Below are positions 39,261 through 52,183 of a stretch of 64,000 nt of DNA, piece by piece (the stretch's first letter is position 1; each line of letters opens with the position of its first letter). The DNA lies in assembly GCA_051362555.1 (NCBI GenBank), contig CM120642.1:2418001-2482000 (forward strand), given 5' to 3'. A program made the position numbers and the translations under genes. Origin of the DNA: Lingula anatina. Taxonomy: Eukaryota > Animalia > Brachiopoda. The notes under the pieces were generated by a model. It did no database searches. It was not told the origin of the DNA and saw only the letters and a list, made by a program, of their open reading frames with translations.

Positions 39261-40148
39261 TTACATCCTGTACACACAGATATGAACAAAATGCAATCCA
39301 TAAAAACAACTTATACAGGAAAAATGATATGTCTGAATTTTAGCATGCTTGTTTCAATCTTTCAGTTCTTTTACTTGTGGACAAGTAGGTTGTTTCTAGA
39401 GGCATTCGATTCCTGTGGTAAGATGTTCGTGATAATTCCACGTTGGTTTAATTAGTGTATATACACGTAGTTCATTAGTTTTATCGCACCACACAGGTTT
39501 CATTACCACATATTTCTCCTTTGCCTACTGATTGCGGATTACAGGTAGACGGTCGTTCACCTTTACGTCTGGTGAAATAGATCTTTGCCTTGGTCAGATG
39601 AAGAGGCTATATCAAAGCAGAAAGCTTTCAACAATCACCACACATGCTTCTGCCATAACTCTCGGTCTTTTTACAGTAAAGATGGTGCACAATCACGTCT
39701 TAACATTCACAAAAAATATCCAACTAGAGACTTCCAATACATATAATGTACATAGTTTCAAATTAAAAACAACATTAGTATTAATTGAAATGGACGGATT
39801 TCTTTATTTGATAATGCATCGAACATCTTTGCAAATAAAAAAAAACATGTAGCTCGTTTCTCAGAATATCCTCCTCACAGCAAAATTCACAACTTTATGA
39901 TATCATATAAAGCTTTTCACCCGCTGGTCACCTGCTAAAAAGCTTTCAACGCCTAGCCTTCTAAATACAATAATACCTGATGCAAAACAGGGTTATGTAA
40001 AAAGTTAATTTTAATAGGAGAGAAGAGACATATGGTATCCTTTCTTCTACCATAATCTATGATCCACTCCTTTTGTCTCATGACTTTGCAACCTTTTTTT
40101 TTCAAATCTCTGATATTGTGTTCAAAAAGAAGTGCTCTTTTGGCGCCA

Positions 40149-41358
40149 TCAGTCTTCTCCCTCGTCAGGATTCATGTATTTGTTCAGGTCCATGACATCT
40201 TTCAGTTCCTCGCTCTTCACCATCTCTGAACACATGGGGCAGTTCTCTTCTGTCTCCAGTACACTAAAATAAACATGTGGAAATTATTTGGTAGATAGAC
40301 AAATTCATAGTTCAGCTATTATTTAAGAGCCAAGTAATAAGCACTCCCCTCAACGTGGCCAGTAAACAGGATTATTGGTGATCTGTCCAAACAATGGAAT
40401 TCAGAAAGTGAACTGGTGAAAGGGGTTGTCCTGTACTACTAATGCACGGCTCATATTTGATGTATTTCTTTTCAAAACAGCCTATGTGGTAGAGAAAATC
40501 AACAAATTAAAAAATAGCACTTTCACTCCAAAAAACGCTGATGTGGCATCTTCAGCAATATGACTAACTTTTTCTGAAGACAAATAATGAAAATTACATG
40601 GAATTATTAAAACGACCAGTTTGATATAGTCATTTTCAACCAGATTCTGGCTAACAGGGCATATAAACGTAATAACCACTGAATTGTAGGCACACATGCC
40701 AGAAGGTACACAGACAAAAGGAAAGACAGACAGACACTTAGACAGACAGTGAACATACCTAAGAAACTCATCCTTGAGAGCAGGGAAATCACACCTGGGG
40801 CATGCTGTCACATTGTCCTTCGTCATGTGGCGTCCCTGCAAATATTCACGATAATTAGGCCATTTAGCTTTGAATGTACAACTTTTATCTTATTATCATC
40901 TAGATATAGAACCATCCCAACTATTGTTGCTTTGCCAGAAGTTTTTCCATTTTATCTGATGATTTTGAAGGTAGGTTCTATCAAGTTGAAAAAAAAAAAC
41001 TGACTGAATGAAAAGGTAAGTCAACTCACAGTAATGATACAGTATGGAATGTTATTCTTGCAGTTGGGGCAGACCAGCTCTGTCTCTGCCTGGGCGTACC
41101 CACACTGGGGACAGGGGGTCGTGGGCTCGTCTTCCTCTGTTTTATCAGGTTTTCTGTAAAACATAATGTGATCAGTTTCTTTTAGCTGCCTATATAAAAC
41201 ACAAATTTAGGATATCATATATCATAACAAAGCAGCTTACATGCCATAAGATGATGGTTTCACAAAGCCCTTCCTAAATTATACAGGGTGCAGCAAGGTG
41301 CTTAATTTTTTTTTTTTTAAACCCATGTGAAACAGTCCGGTCATCTGACAGGGTTGAA

Positions 41359-41393
<35 letters not shown>

Positions 41394-42945
41394 ACATTTG
41401 AGATCACTCAAGGAAATATATTTATTACAAGATTAATAAAAAAGTTATATGTGTCTTTGAATGCATGTACTTTTTTCATACTTTGAACCTCTGATATTAT
41501 ATATAAGATTCATTCCACTTTTCTTCTTGCATTTGACAAAACATCCTGCTCAGTGTTTATTTTAACTCAAATCCACAAAATGATACCACCTGCATTAGGA
41601 CTGAGAGAAATTCACACTTTCCGAGGCATCAATTTTCCTGTTTCCCGTTTTTCACACTCTGAGACATCAATTTTCACTTTCTGTTTTTCACACTTTCGAA
41701 GACACTTTCAATTTTGACTTCCCGTTTCCTGTTTTTCACTCAGCTCCTTAAAACACTATCTCTTGAATCTTGTGCACCACTTACCTCACTATCTGTTCTA
41801 TTTTCTTCTTGTATTTCACATCTATCTGGTTTCTGTACTCTGGTCTCATCAGCATGGCTGCATAGCTGAAGCAGGAATTCTTCAGTCCTGCCTTGTGGCA
41901 CTCTATCACAGTGGACGTGAGAATCTGGACAATATCTGAAAATACAGAACTCAATTCATTTACAACTGAGAACTTGAACTTTCAGATATTCATATCTTTG
42001 AATTCTACACTGGTCAATGATACAATCTTAACCAATATTAACAATTATTAAATGACTTTTATCTAAAAATATATGTTATTACTTAAACCAAACTGCTACT
42101 TTTAAATGGGAATAAGAAACCCCAAGTTGTCATCAGTCAAATTTTTAAGCAATTTAAAGATGCATTCAAGGTCAAATTTTGCCACAAACTAATTCATTTC
42201 AATTACTCCAATTAACTGAAGAAATACTGTCAACTGAAATCGGCCATAATTAATATTAAAGTTAAGACTTCTACTTACGAGAGGGAAATTTGCTGATGTT
42301 ATTGGCCACACGTATCAACATCCTGGCCCCTTTGAGATGGTCCCCTCTCTTAACATGAACCTGAGGCCAGACACAGTAACATGTTTAATAAAAGGTCCCT
42401 TAGTTAAGACATATATACATTATATATTATATAAAGTGTAGCCTAAGATGACACAGGAATCACTCATTACATGACCACACAAACTCTACAGACATCATTC
42501 TAGGCTGGTCAAGTGGCAACACATTCACACCTACATCTAACTCTGCAATAATATTTTTCATAACGTTCATAATTTCAATCAATTCAGTCTTCAATATGTT
42601 AACAAGCTTCCCAGAGCTGATATATTATGCTTCTGTTTATTAATTATTCAAAATAAAATATAAAAAATTTCAGCAAGTACAAATAATTTCAGCAAATACA
42701 TTATTAGAGCAAAAATTAAATGTAGATAATTTACTGCCCAGGAAACCTATCCAGTGTAAACTATGTGCCCTGTCACTGTTCATTCAGGTATGTTGAGGTC
42801 AAGTTCTTACCTTTGCCAGTATATAACTGTGAAGAATCATTAAGTTATGAGCCATTTCTGATGGGATCTTGATTTTCTGCTGCTTCAGTTCCTGGTACAT
42901 GCTGAACAGAACATCATGGGCATCTCGGTAGTTTCCTGACAAAAA

Positions 42946-42992
<47 letters not shown>

Positions 42993-45900
42993 AGTCCAGT
43001 TAAAGAAAACAGGCAAAATGTAGTGCTGTTACATCTTTGCCATTCCCAGTACTATATCATGACACCACTTGACAACATCTCTTTCTGCTTATTAAGCTCA
43101 TATCTGCAGGCAATGTGAAAACTTGATTCAGTCTAAGTCATATCTCTTGAGATTAGAAAGTGACCTAAATAACCAAATGCTAGGGTGTGACTGGCCAGGA
43201 AAAAAAAGGAAATAGAATTAGAAACAGGAAAGTACAATGAACCATATTTGTAATGCCACTGACAGCTGATGCATGCATGGGTTCTTACCAGCATTCTGCT
43301 CCTCCCTGGCTATGATAATGGCTGTTCTGGCAGCCTCCCTGAACTGTTTCAGTGCCATATACAGGCGGAACAGGTACTTGCTGGCCTGGAATGGGACAAA
43401 TAGGAATGCATGAGATATAACTGGCATTGATATTAATAATATTAAATACTCTCTGTGTTGAAATAATGTTTTCAATCATGCTGTTAGACTTCTTCAGAAA
43501 AGAAATCGTGTCTTGCAAAATATCATAATTATCATAAGAAGACAGTGAAGTCATGTCAAAAAACATTATATCTTAGTTTAAAGTAATGTAATATGAATTG
43601 TAAGACAGTCAATGAAAGTCTGCCTCACCTTTAAGTTGCTTTTATGTAGTAATTTTGAAGAAACACCCAAGAACATTAAGGACATTTAGTGAAAAAACCA
43701 ATCTAGATAGACAGTCATTTACCTTGGGCACACCATCTGTTTCTCCCAGTAGATAATCAAACAGCTGATGGGTGAGAGCGTCATCATTGGCCTGCCCCAC
43801 TGTCTCTATGGCCATCCCTATTGCCTTACTATCATCACTGTTAGAACAGCGCAGGAAATGTTTGAGAGCCTAGAAGACAAAGAAGATAAGGAAATCATTT
43901 ATAAACATTATTATTACACTTAAGTGGTGTCCTGCAGAACAACTAAGTACATGCATTGCGTTAAAAAACTAAGAAATTTAATCCCATTTTTTTTTTGACC
44001 TACTTAAAAGTAATCTTTCCTTTCTACTTAAAAGATACATTGATTTCGCACAAGAAATAAAAATGAGTTGTGTGTATTTATGACCTTAGTGCGTGCGTGT
44101 GTGCGTGCATGTGTGTGAGAGACAAAAAGCAAGCATGTATTTGAGCAGGAACAGTGTCTACCAAATTCTTACCCTTCCATATTGGGCACACAAGAAGAAA
44201 AACTTCCCAGCCAGGAAGTGGTTCTTTTCATTCTCAAAGTACAGGGCAATACTCTGGTAGTCCTCTGCAGTGGCATCAGAGCCTGGAATATACATATTCT
44301 AAATTACTTTGTCACATATTTAGGTTTCTTAAACCTTCTGTTCATTTTTTAAACATTTTTTACTTAAACAACCCGTTCAAAAATAAATAAATAAATGGAA
44401 TATGAAATAATTCATAAACTTAAGCTACCTTAAACTAAGTACACCTACAACCAGCAATTGCATCCTTACTCTTCCATTTCACCACATCTCTTTTAAGGTG
44501 TAAATATCATCCAACAGAAAAGGAAACCTTGAATACCTATAATCTCTGCATACACTTCCATCTGATCATGTTGCTGTGCCAGCTGGAAGGCCTCATCATT
44601 GCACTTGGACATCACTAGGAACTGGATGGCAGACGCATAATCATTCAGCTTCAAGAAAAACCTGGATAGAACAAGAACCTGCTGTGTAATAAATGTAACA
44701 CAAGTGCTATATTTCAAAATAACATTTAAAAATTACAATGAAATAAGATATTCTAATAATCAATGATTACAATAAGTAAAAACCTCATATGTCAAAGCAA
44801 ACATATTGTTAGGATGCTGTAGCTAGTGGTATCCCAGTGACTTACTTAGCCACCATCTTGGCTCCCTCCACTGACTGTGTTTCCCTTACTATCCTCACTG
44901 CATCTTCTGGGTTCTGGAGGTGATCCAAGTTGATCCTAAAAATAATAACATCACACAGAGTAGAATTACATATCTCTATTATTACAGTCTGTGTCAAAAT
45001 ATTTCTTAGCCCGCAGGTCCTTTGAGTATAAAATTCTAAGAAGAAATAAGGTCCACTAGCTGGACAAATTCTTATACAAAATAGTTACACATTTTTCTTC
45101 TCAGCTTTAACTTGACTTGCATTTGGTGTGGGGACAAAAGTTGACACTAAGGACTGATATTAACAGGTAGCATGGTAGCAATAAACACTGAAAACTGGCA
45201 GAGAAAATATAAGACAACCCATGTATTGCTTTCAACTTGATGTGCAATATATTAATCAATAACTGGTCTTTATTGTAATGTTGTAAGATGACAAAAAGTA
45301 CAAGTAGTGTGCATCTCAGGTTATCTCACACTAACAACTCAGGTGATAATTACAAAACAATTGCTTCAGAACAGTGGAGTACACCTTAGTTTTTATTACT
45401 CAGGGTTAAGGTGTTTAATACTAAAACCTCTTATCCTGGAACAAGTGTCATGGACATTGCAATTCACACCTGATATTTTGGGACCTGCTCAGTCACGGAG
45501 CATTCTAAGGGACTACACCAATAAGACAGATAATTAATTTTTAGTTGAACAAGTAAAGGCGATAGAGCCAGTTCTGGGATAACATCCTATATACACATCC
45601 GCAATCAATAATTCATTATCACTTGAGTTGTAAACTTGACTGAAACAGTTCTAGGCTGCACATCCTTTATATCTTAACCTTGACATCCTTGAAGTTATTC
45701 AATCCAGAGTATCATCAAGTACGTGTAACAGCAATAATTTAGTTTGCTATCTACCTGATGACACTGTCCCAGTCCTTGGCATTCTCATACGCCTGTGCTG
45801 CCTCCTTGTAGCGGCCATCTGCCTCCTTAGCCTTGGCATACTGGGCATGGATCTTAGGGGAGGTCACCTGGGGGAGCAGCTCACCAACCTTGGCCCTGGG

Positions 45901-48900
45901 GAGAACACAGTTCCACACATTTATCTGCCAGTTTTGCTACTTGTTTATTGTACTTCAGACCATTAAGTATAACACAGTTACTTTCCTATATCAGCCAGTG
46001 TTAGATACTAGTTTATTCAACTTGCAACCATTAAGTATAATATGTAAAAGAGAAAAGAATTAAAGTAAATATTATATTTACAACAGTAATTATTATAAAC
46101 TGACATGAATCACATGCTTCCCTTTACCTCATCACATGTCCGATATAACCTGCTAGTTTACACTGACAGTAAGTTATTATCAGGATTTATTAGTAATAAT
46201 GATAATAAAAAAATTGAAGAAGAAGAAGAAAGAGAACCACAATATGGTTAGTCATACTTCATATAGTATTTACTTTCTTTTTCGTGACAGTAATTCTATA
46301 GGTATTATGATAATAATAAACATCTTACCAGTTTTTGGACCTAATGTAGACAGCCGCAGCCTTGTCATAGTAACCACCTTTCTCATACAGCATAGCAGCC
46401 TCAGACCATTGCTATAATGATAATTTTAAATAAATATATAAATAAACAAAATAATAAAAATGAACAAAAATGAAAATTGATATTTTTTATATATCAAAAA
46501 AATGCTGCTTTGAAAAACGTATTGCAACTACCTGTGGTTTGACAAGGACAAGAAGTTTTAACGTACTCGTAAACATAATAAATTTTAAATTTTCTTTAAA
46601 TTACCAAGCCATATTATCCCTTTTCCACCATATGTATGAACTTGTAATTTGCAAGTCATGCCACTGTAACAACTGAGCAACTGGTTTAATATAATATGTT
46701 AACTATTTAAATGCTGAATTCTCATAGAATACATAGTGATTAAAAAAGTAAAATATTGGGCTAATTCCCATACCTTCATGTTTTCCAATATCTGTGCACA
46801 ATCCTTCTTCAGTGCTCTTCCTGGCATCTGTACAGCCATACCTACACCCCTGGAAATATATAGGAGAATATGATAATACAGACATAGTGCATATGTACAG
46901 CCATACCTACACCCCTGGAAATATATATATAGGAGAACATGACAATACAGACATAGTGCATATGTACAGCCATACCTACACCCCTGGAAATATATATAGG
47001 AGAACATGACAATACAGACATAGTGCATATGTACAGCCATACCTACACCCCTGGAAATATATATATAGGAGAACATGACAATACAGACAGTGCATATGTA
47101 CAGCCATACCTACACCTCTGGAAATATATATAGGAGAACATGACAATACAGACATAGTGCATATGTACAGCCATACCTACACCCCTGGAAATATATATAG
47201 GAGAAAATGACAATACAGACATAGTGCATATGTACAGCCATACCTACACCCCTGGAAAAGTATAGGAAAATATGACAATATAGACCTAGTGCATCTGTAC
47301 AGCCATACCTACACCCCTGGAAAAGTATAGGAGAATATGACAATATAGACCTAGTGCATCTGTACAGCCATACCTACACCCCTGGAAAAGTATAGGAAAA
47401 TATGACAATATAGACATACCTCCTGATATCCCCAAGTCTGATGGACATCCTAGCCACCCCGGCAGCACAGTTCTCGTCATGTTCCCTGTACGCCTCCTCC
47501 TTGGTGATCCCCTTCTCATAGTGCATCAAGGAGTTGGTGTAATCCCCAGTGAACTCCAGCTGCTGGGCATACTCCTTGGAGATGAACGGGATCTGGTCGG
47601 GGGCCAGCGCCTTGGCCAACTGCAGTGCAGAGTCCCAGTGCAGCAGGTCCCGCCGCATCTGGAAATTGAGGAGATTTATTCATTAAGGTGAATTGAAGAA
47701 AAAAATACTGCAGCAATGTTAAGTTGAAGATTTTCACTTCCCAGGTTTGACAAATAAATTGAATAAAATATACCAAAGAGTGTGATGTTAAGTGAACACC
47801 CAGATCTAAAATTTAGTGATTAATTCATAAATCTGTTTCAACATATCACTTAAAATAATAATGATAATAATAATTTTTAAAAATAATGATGATAATAAAA
47901 TAAATAATAATCATTAGTTACCTCTAGAGCAGCTTGAGGATTACTGGAGGCCAGAAACAGATCCTGAGCCCTGTTAAAGTCCTCAGTAAACATAGCTATG
48001 TAGCCAGCCAGCAGATTTCTGTCCTCAGAGTCCTTGATAGCCTGCAGTGACATCACCATCCCCACATCTCCTATCTGTCTGTACACACGCATGGCTGCAA
48101 GGGACAAGATTTAATCAGAATGTCATAGACATGTTTTGTTCTACCAAGGTGGCAAGGCAATTTCTTTAGCTCCTATTTGTATGCACACGGCTAGAAATGA
48201 AAGAAAGAACTTTGCTGGTTTCAGTGAAAATAATGGTTGAAATAGTTTAATATTGGTAGCATCATTTCTTAAACAACTGTTAGTGTGAACAAATACCCTT
48301 TGGTTTAGATAACTGTCTAAAATTCAGCAACATCATTTTAATGTTTTTTTTTACCAAAGTCTATCTCCAGATTATAGAGGGCAGCTCTGCCCAGGTCCAG
48401 CCAAGACTCTCTGGAGTCCAGGTGAGCACTGAGGGCCCAGGCGTCCTTGTATCTCCTCAGTTTTATACACTGGTCTAGAGCTGTCTTCACCTAGAACACA
48501 CACAGGAAATGATAGCAGTGCCAGGTTCACATACTAGTGAATACTATAACCTTTGTGTAAGTGCACACACACACACCAAAGGACACCAGTAAGTTACCAC
48601 AGAAGATGCTGCAGTGTTACGCCACTCTTTTACCAACAGTTATGTGAATACGTTTAGAATTTCATTCAGACTAGTTTGACTGAGGGCAAGATGAATAAGT
48701 CACCATCACTGTTTGTGACTTGATTCTATATCTAATGGCATTACATCACATTTTTGTTATCATTATTTATTTTTAATATGTATGATTGAAGAATATCTTT
48801 CCTCTCCTTTCGACAAAATTAGTTAGTACATATTCATACAGGCAATGTGTTGCCACAATTTCATCAATTTAGTAAACTGTAATAAGATCTTATATTTTAT

Positions 48901-51900
48901 ACAAAAATAACTTTCATTTCACTGATTAAAGTCTTCTGTGCATTAAAACATTTCAAGTAAGTAAAAGCCTGTGGTAGAAAAATATCATATGCAGATACAG
49001 ATAATGTTATTAATACTAGTGGGAATGCAAGTAATAATTTCACTTACATCAGCAGGAGGCATCTCCTGTAGGTTTCTGCCATCAAAGCTGTGAGTGTCTA
49101 GGACCAAGTTAGAGGTCTTCCCACTCTGTGTCTGCAGGGTGACCTCTCCATTGTATAACAACATAGGCACCTGGCCATAGGGCAGCTTAGTGACCCCTAC
49201 CAACTCACATACTGACTCTGCAATAGGATATAATATCACATTAGGGCAGCTTAGTGACCCCTACCAACTCACATACTGACTCTGTAATAGGATATAATAT
49301 CACATTAGGGCAGCTAAGTGACCCCCACCAACTCACACACTGACTCTGTAATAGGATATAATATCATATTAGGGCAGCTTAGTGACCCCCACCAACTCAC
49401 ACACTGACTCTGTAATAGGATATAATATCATATTAGGGCAGCTTAGTGACCCCCACCAACTCACACACCGACTCTACAATAGCACAACTCACTATATATT
49501 TATCTCATTTTAGTTAGTGAATTTAAAGTTTATATAATTGTACAATCCAACTTTTTAGTTGCAATGAACATTATAAAAATATTATTTTCTGTTAGTTTCA
49601 AATAAAAATTGGTGTTAAAGACCAGCCTGTTGAAACCTTACATACACACTATATATAGTCACAGGTACCACATATTTAGTTTGGTAAAAAATACCCAATG
49701 TTTTCATCACAGTGTCATATGAAAAAAATAAAAAAAAAAAAACTCAAAATAACCTATAAAAAAGTGACTTTGACTTTTTGAAATAATATAAAGAGCAAAA
49801 AATTTAAACTTCATATACATTTTACATTTGTGCAAAATAAAATGCATCATCCACCTTACCATTGACTGTTTCTCTGCAGTAAACATTTGTGTACAATTTC
49901 TCCTCATCAAAGGCCACAAAAATTCCCTACAACAAAAATAAAAGATTTGCACAGATCATCAAGCACACTTTGTGAAAGGAAATGTTTTTTAAAGTTGTAA
50001 AATATTTTATGGAAAGCTGTTACATATGGCATCAGGACACTATAAAATGGATCCCTCCTCTTCCTGCGATGAATTTATAATGATCATTTTAAAAATGAAC
50101 AATGTGCTGAGAATTTCAAAAATATGATAAGAAGATATTATATTACAGTGAAATTTTTGATTTCATTGGACATTTCAATACATCATAAATCTATGCACTT
50201 TAAATGATAAAATAAAAATGATTAAATATCTGCAGTTAATATATCTAAAATACCTTGTCACTTAACCAATTTTCCCACAGGATGCCTTTGGTTGTTGGTG
50301 AGAAATCTGGTATTTCTACCACCTGGTCATTTACCTAGAATAACAAAACCATTGTATGAAAAATTAATCCTAAGATCAAGTAAACAGTTCAATAAACACT
50401 TTCTATACTGTAAACTGAAGTGCCATTCCGGACAAACTATTGCATTTGTTTTTTCTAGACTAAGTTGCCACCTCTTTTCATTTCAATCTCAATAATTCAT
50501 TCTTTTATTTTAAGCAAAACTTGTAGGAAGCCAACATGCTGGACATCAAAACTGCATCATCTCTTCTTGTTTTTCATAAAACCTTGTAGACATATAATCA
50601 CATAGATAGGGGCCATTAGCTAGTAAACAGATAAGATAAACTGCTCCCCACCATGCAACTTTCACAGTTCAGTGGGACATTATCATCAATTTCCGGATAC
50701 AACTTACAGGGTTGTAAACAAAGCCATCACTCTTATCATCAATGAAGATGATTCTAGTTCCAGTGGGATCCACAAATATCTTCCTGATTCCCACCATGTG
50801 TCTGTACTCATTCACATACTGCCAGTCCTCAATGAAGAAGTAGTGGAGGCCCCCTGACTGAAATAACAGAAGACTCTAAGCTGGTATTTTATGGACATTT
50901 AATACCGTATTTGAGCTTTACCCTACAGATTGTGATTATAAATATCGACACATTATTTTTATACTCTGTTTAACAATTGGTACTTTTAAATTTGGCACAA
51001 CATTATCTCCCAAAGTTCATTTTAAATATAGTAAGTGGAGAAAACACTTGCAAGTGATTTGCCTAAGAGGCAGTTAAAATCTGGCTCTAACTGGCTAAAA
51101 GGGCTGTTACTCTCCTGGTTTCTTAACTTTGAGAGACAGTCAAATGAAAGCATTCAAGTCTTTTCTATTTTCTATGTTATTCTTTGAAGAATTAGTGGAG
51201 CCCACCGAGTACTTATTTAAAATTGATATCTTAGCAACTGAATCATAAAATAACTAAATCTACATCTTGACAACAAAACGACCACTTGCTGTACAAAAGC
51301 AGATGTCAATATGACTTGTGACAAAGTGATACACATACTCAAGCAAACTGACCATTGTAAATTGACCACTTATGTAAAAAGAAGAGTTAATACAAGTGCC
51401 TGATAAAGAAAAAACATGTCTCTGCACTGCATGTAATAGTGACTAGCCCCATCTTTAACATACATTTAAAAATAGGATTGATAAAAAGCCACTGTGACCG
51501 TGTGATTTTATCTGAAGACTACTTGATGTGACAAAAGATGCCAAGAAAATTATGAAAATTAACAGAAAAGAACAAGACAGAAAAGCAATAAACCTTTTCC
51601 AGATTATACTTTACACAAAAATTAATATAAAAATAATTACCTCTCCCTTATTTTTCTGAGGAGGAGTAGGAAAAGACTTAAATATGTGGCATGGAAAGCA
51701 TGTTACATCCCAATTAAAAATTCTTTGTAAATACCCCATATGGTTTTTGAACTCGAAATTCATCAGATGAACTACTGGTATTCTTTTCATCTAAAATTAC
51801 AACTTTCTTTTTGTTAATCAAATTAAAAATTTTAAGGGCCTACTTACATCTGTCCCAAATATGAGGAATTCTGGGGTGAGGCAGTGACAGGTGATCTTGG

Positions 51901-52092
51901 TGTCAGCCTGGTCCTTGTCTGGGAAGAGGCGGGTCTCCCTGTCATCAGATGCACCCTGGTCACCCTCAATCTGGAACACAATCACAGGAATCTCAACTAA
52001 CACAATCAAAGCAAGGGCAGCTCAAATAATGTCTCTACTCATTCAAGTTTTATTTTTGTTTTGTATTCACAGCAGAAGTTGTAGTTTAAATA

Positions 52093-52183
<91 letters not shown>

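Noticed and set aside
41610-41740. Degenerate ~40-bp triple repeat in a WDR19 intron as another junction array
   Set aside because: It lies ~45 nt from the donor and contains no exon sequence or splice site; counted as a counter-example.
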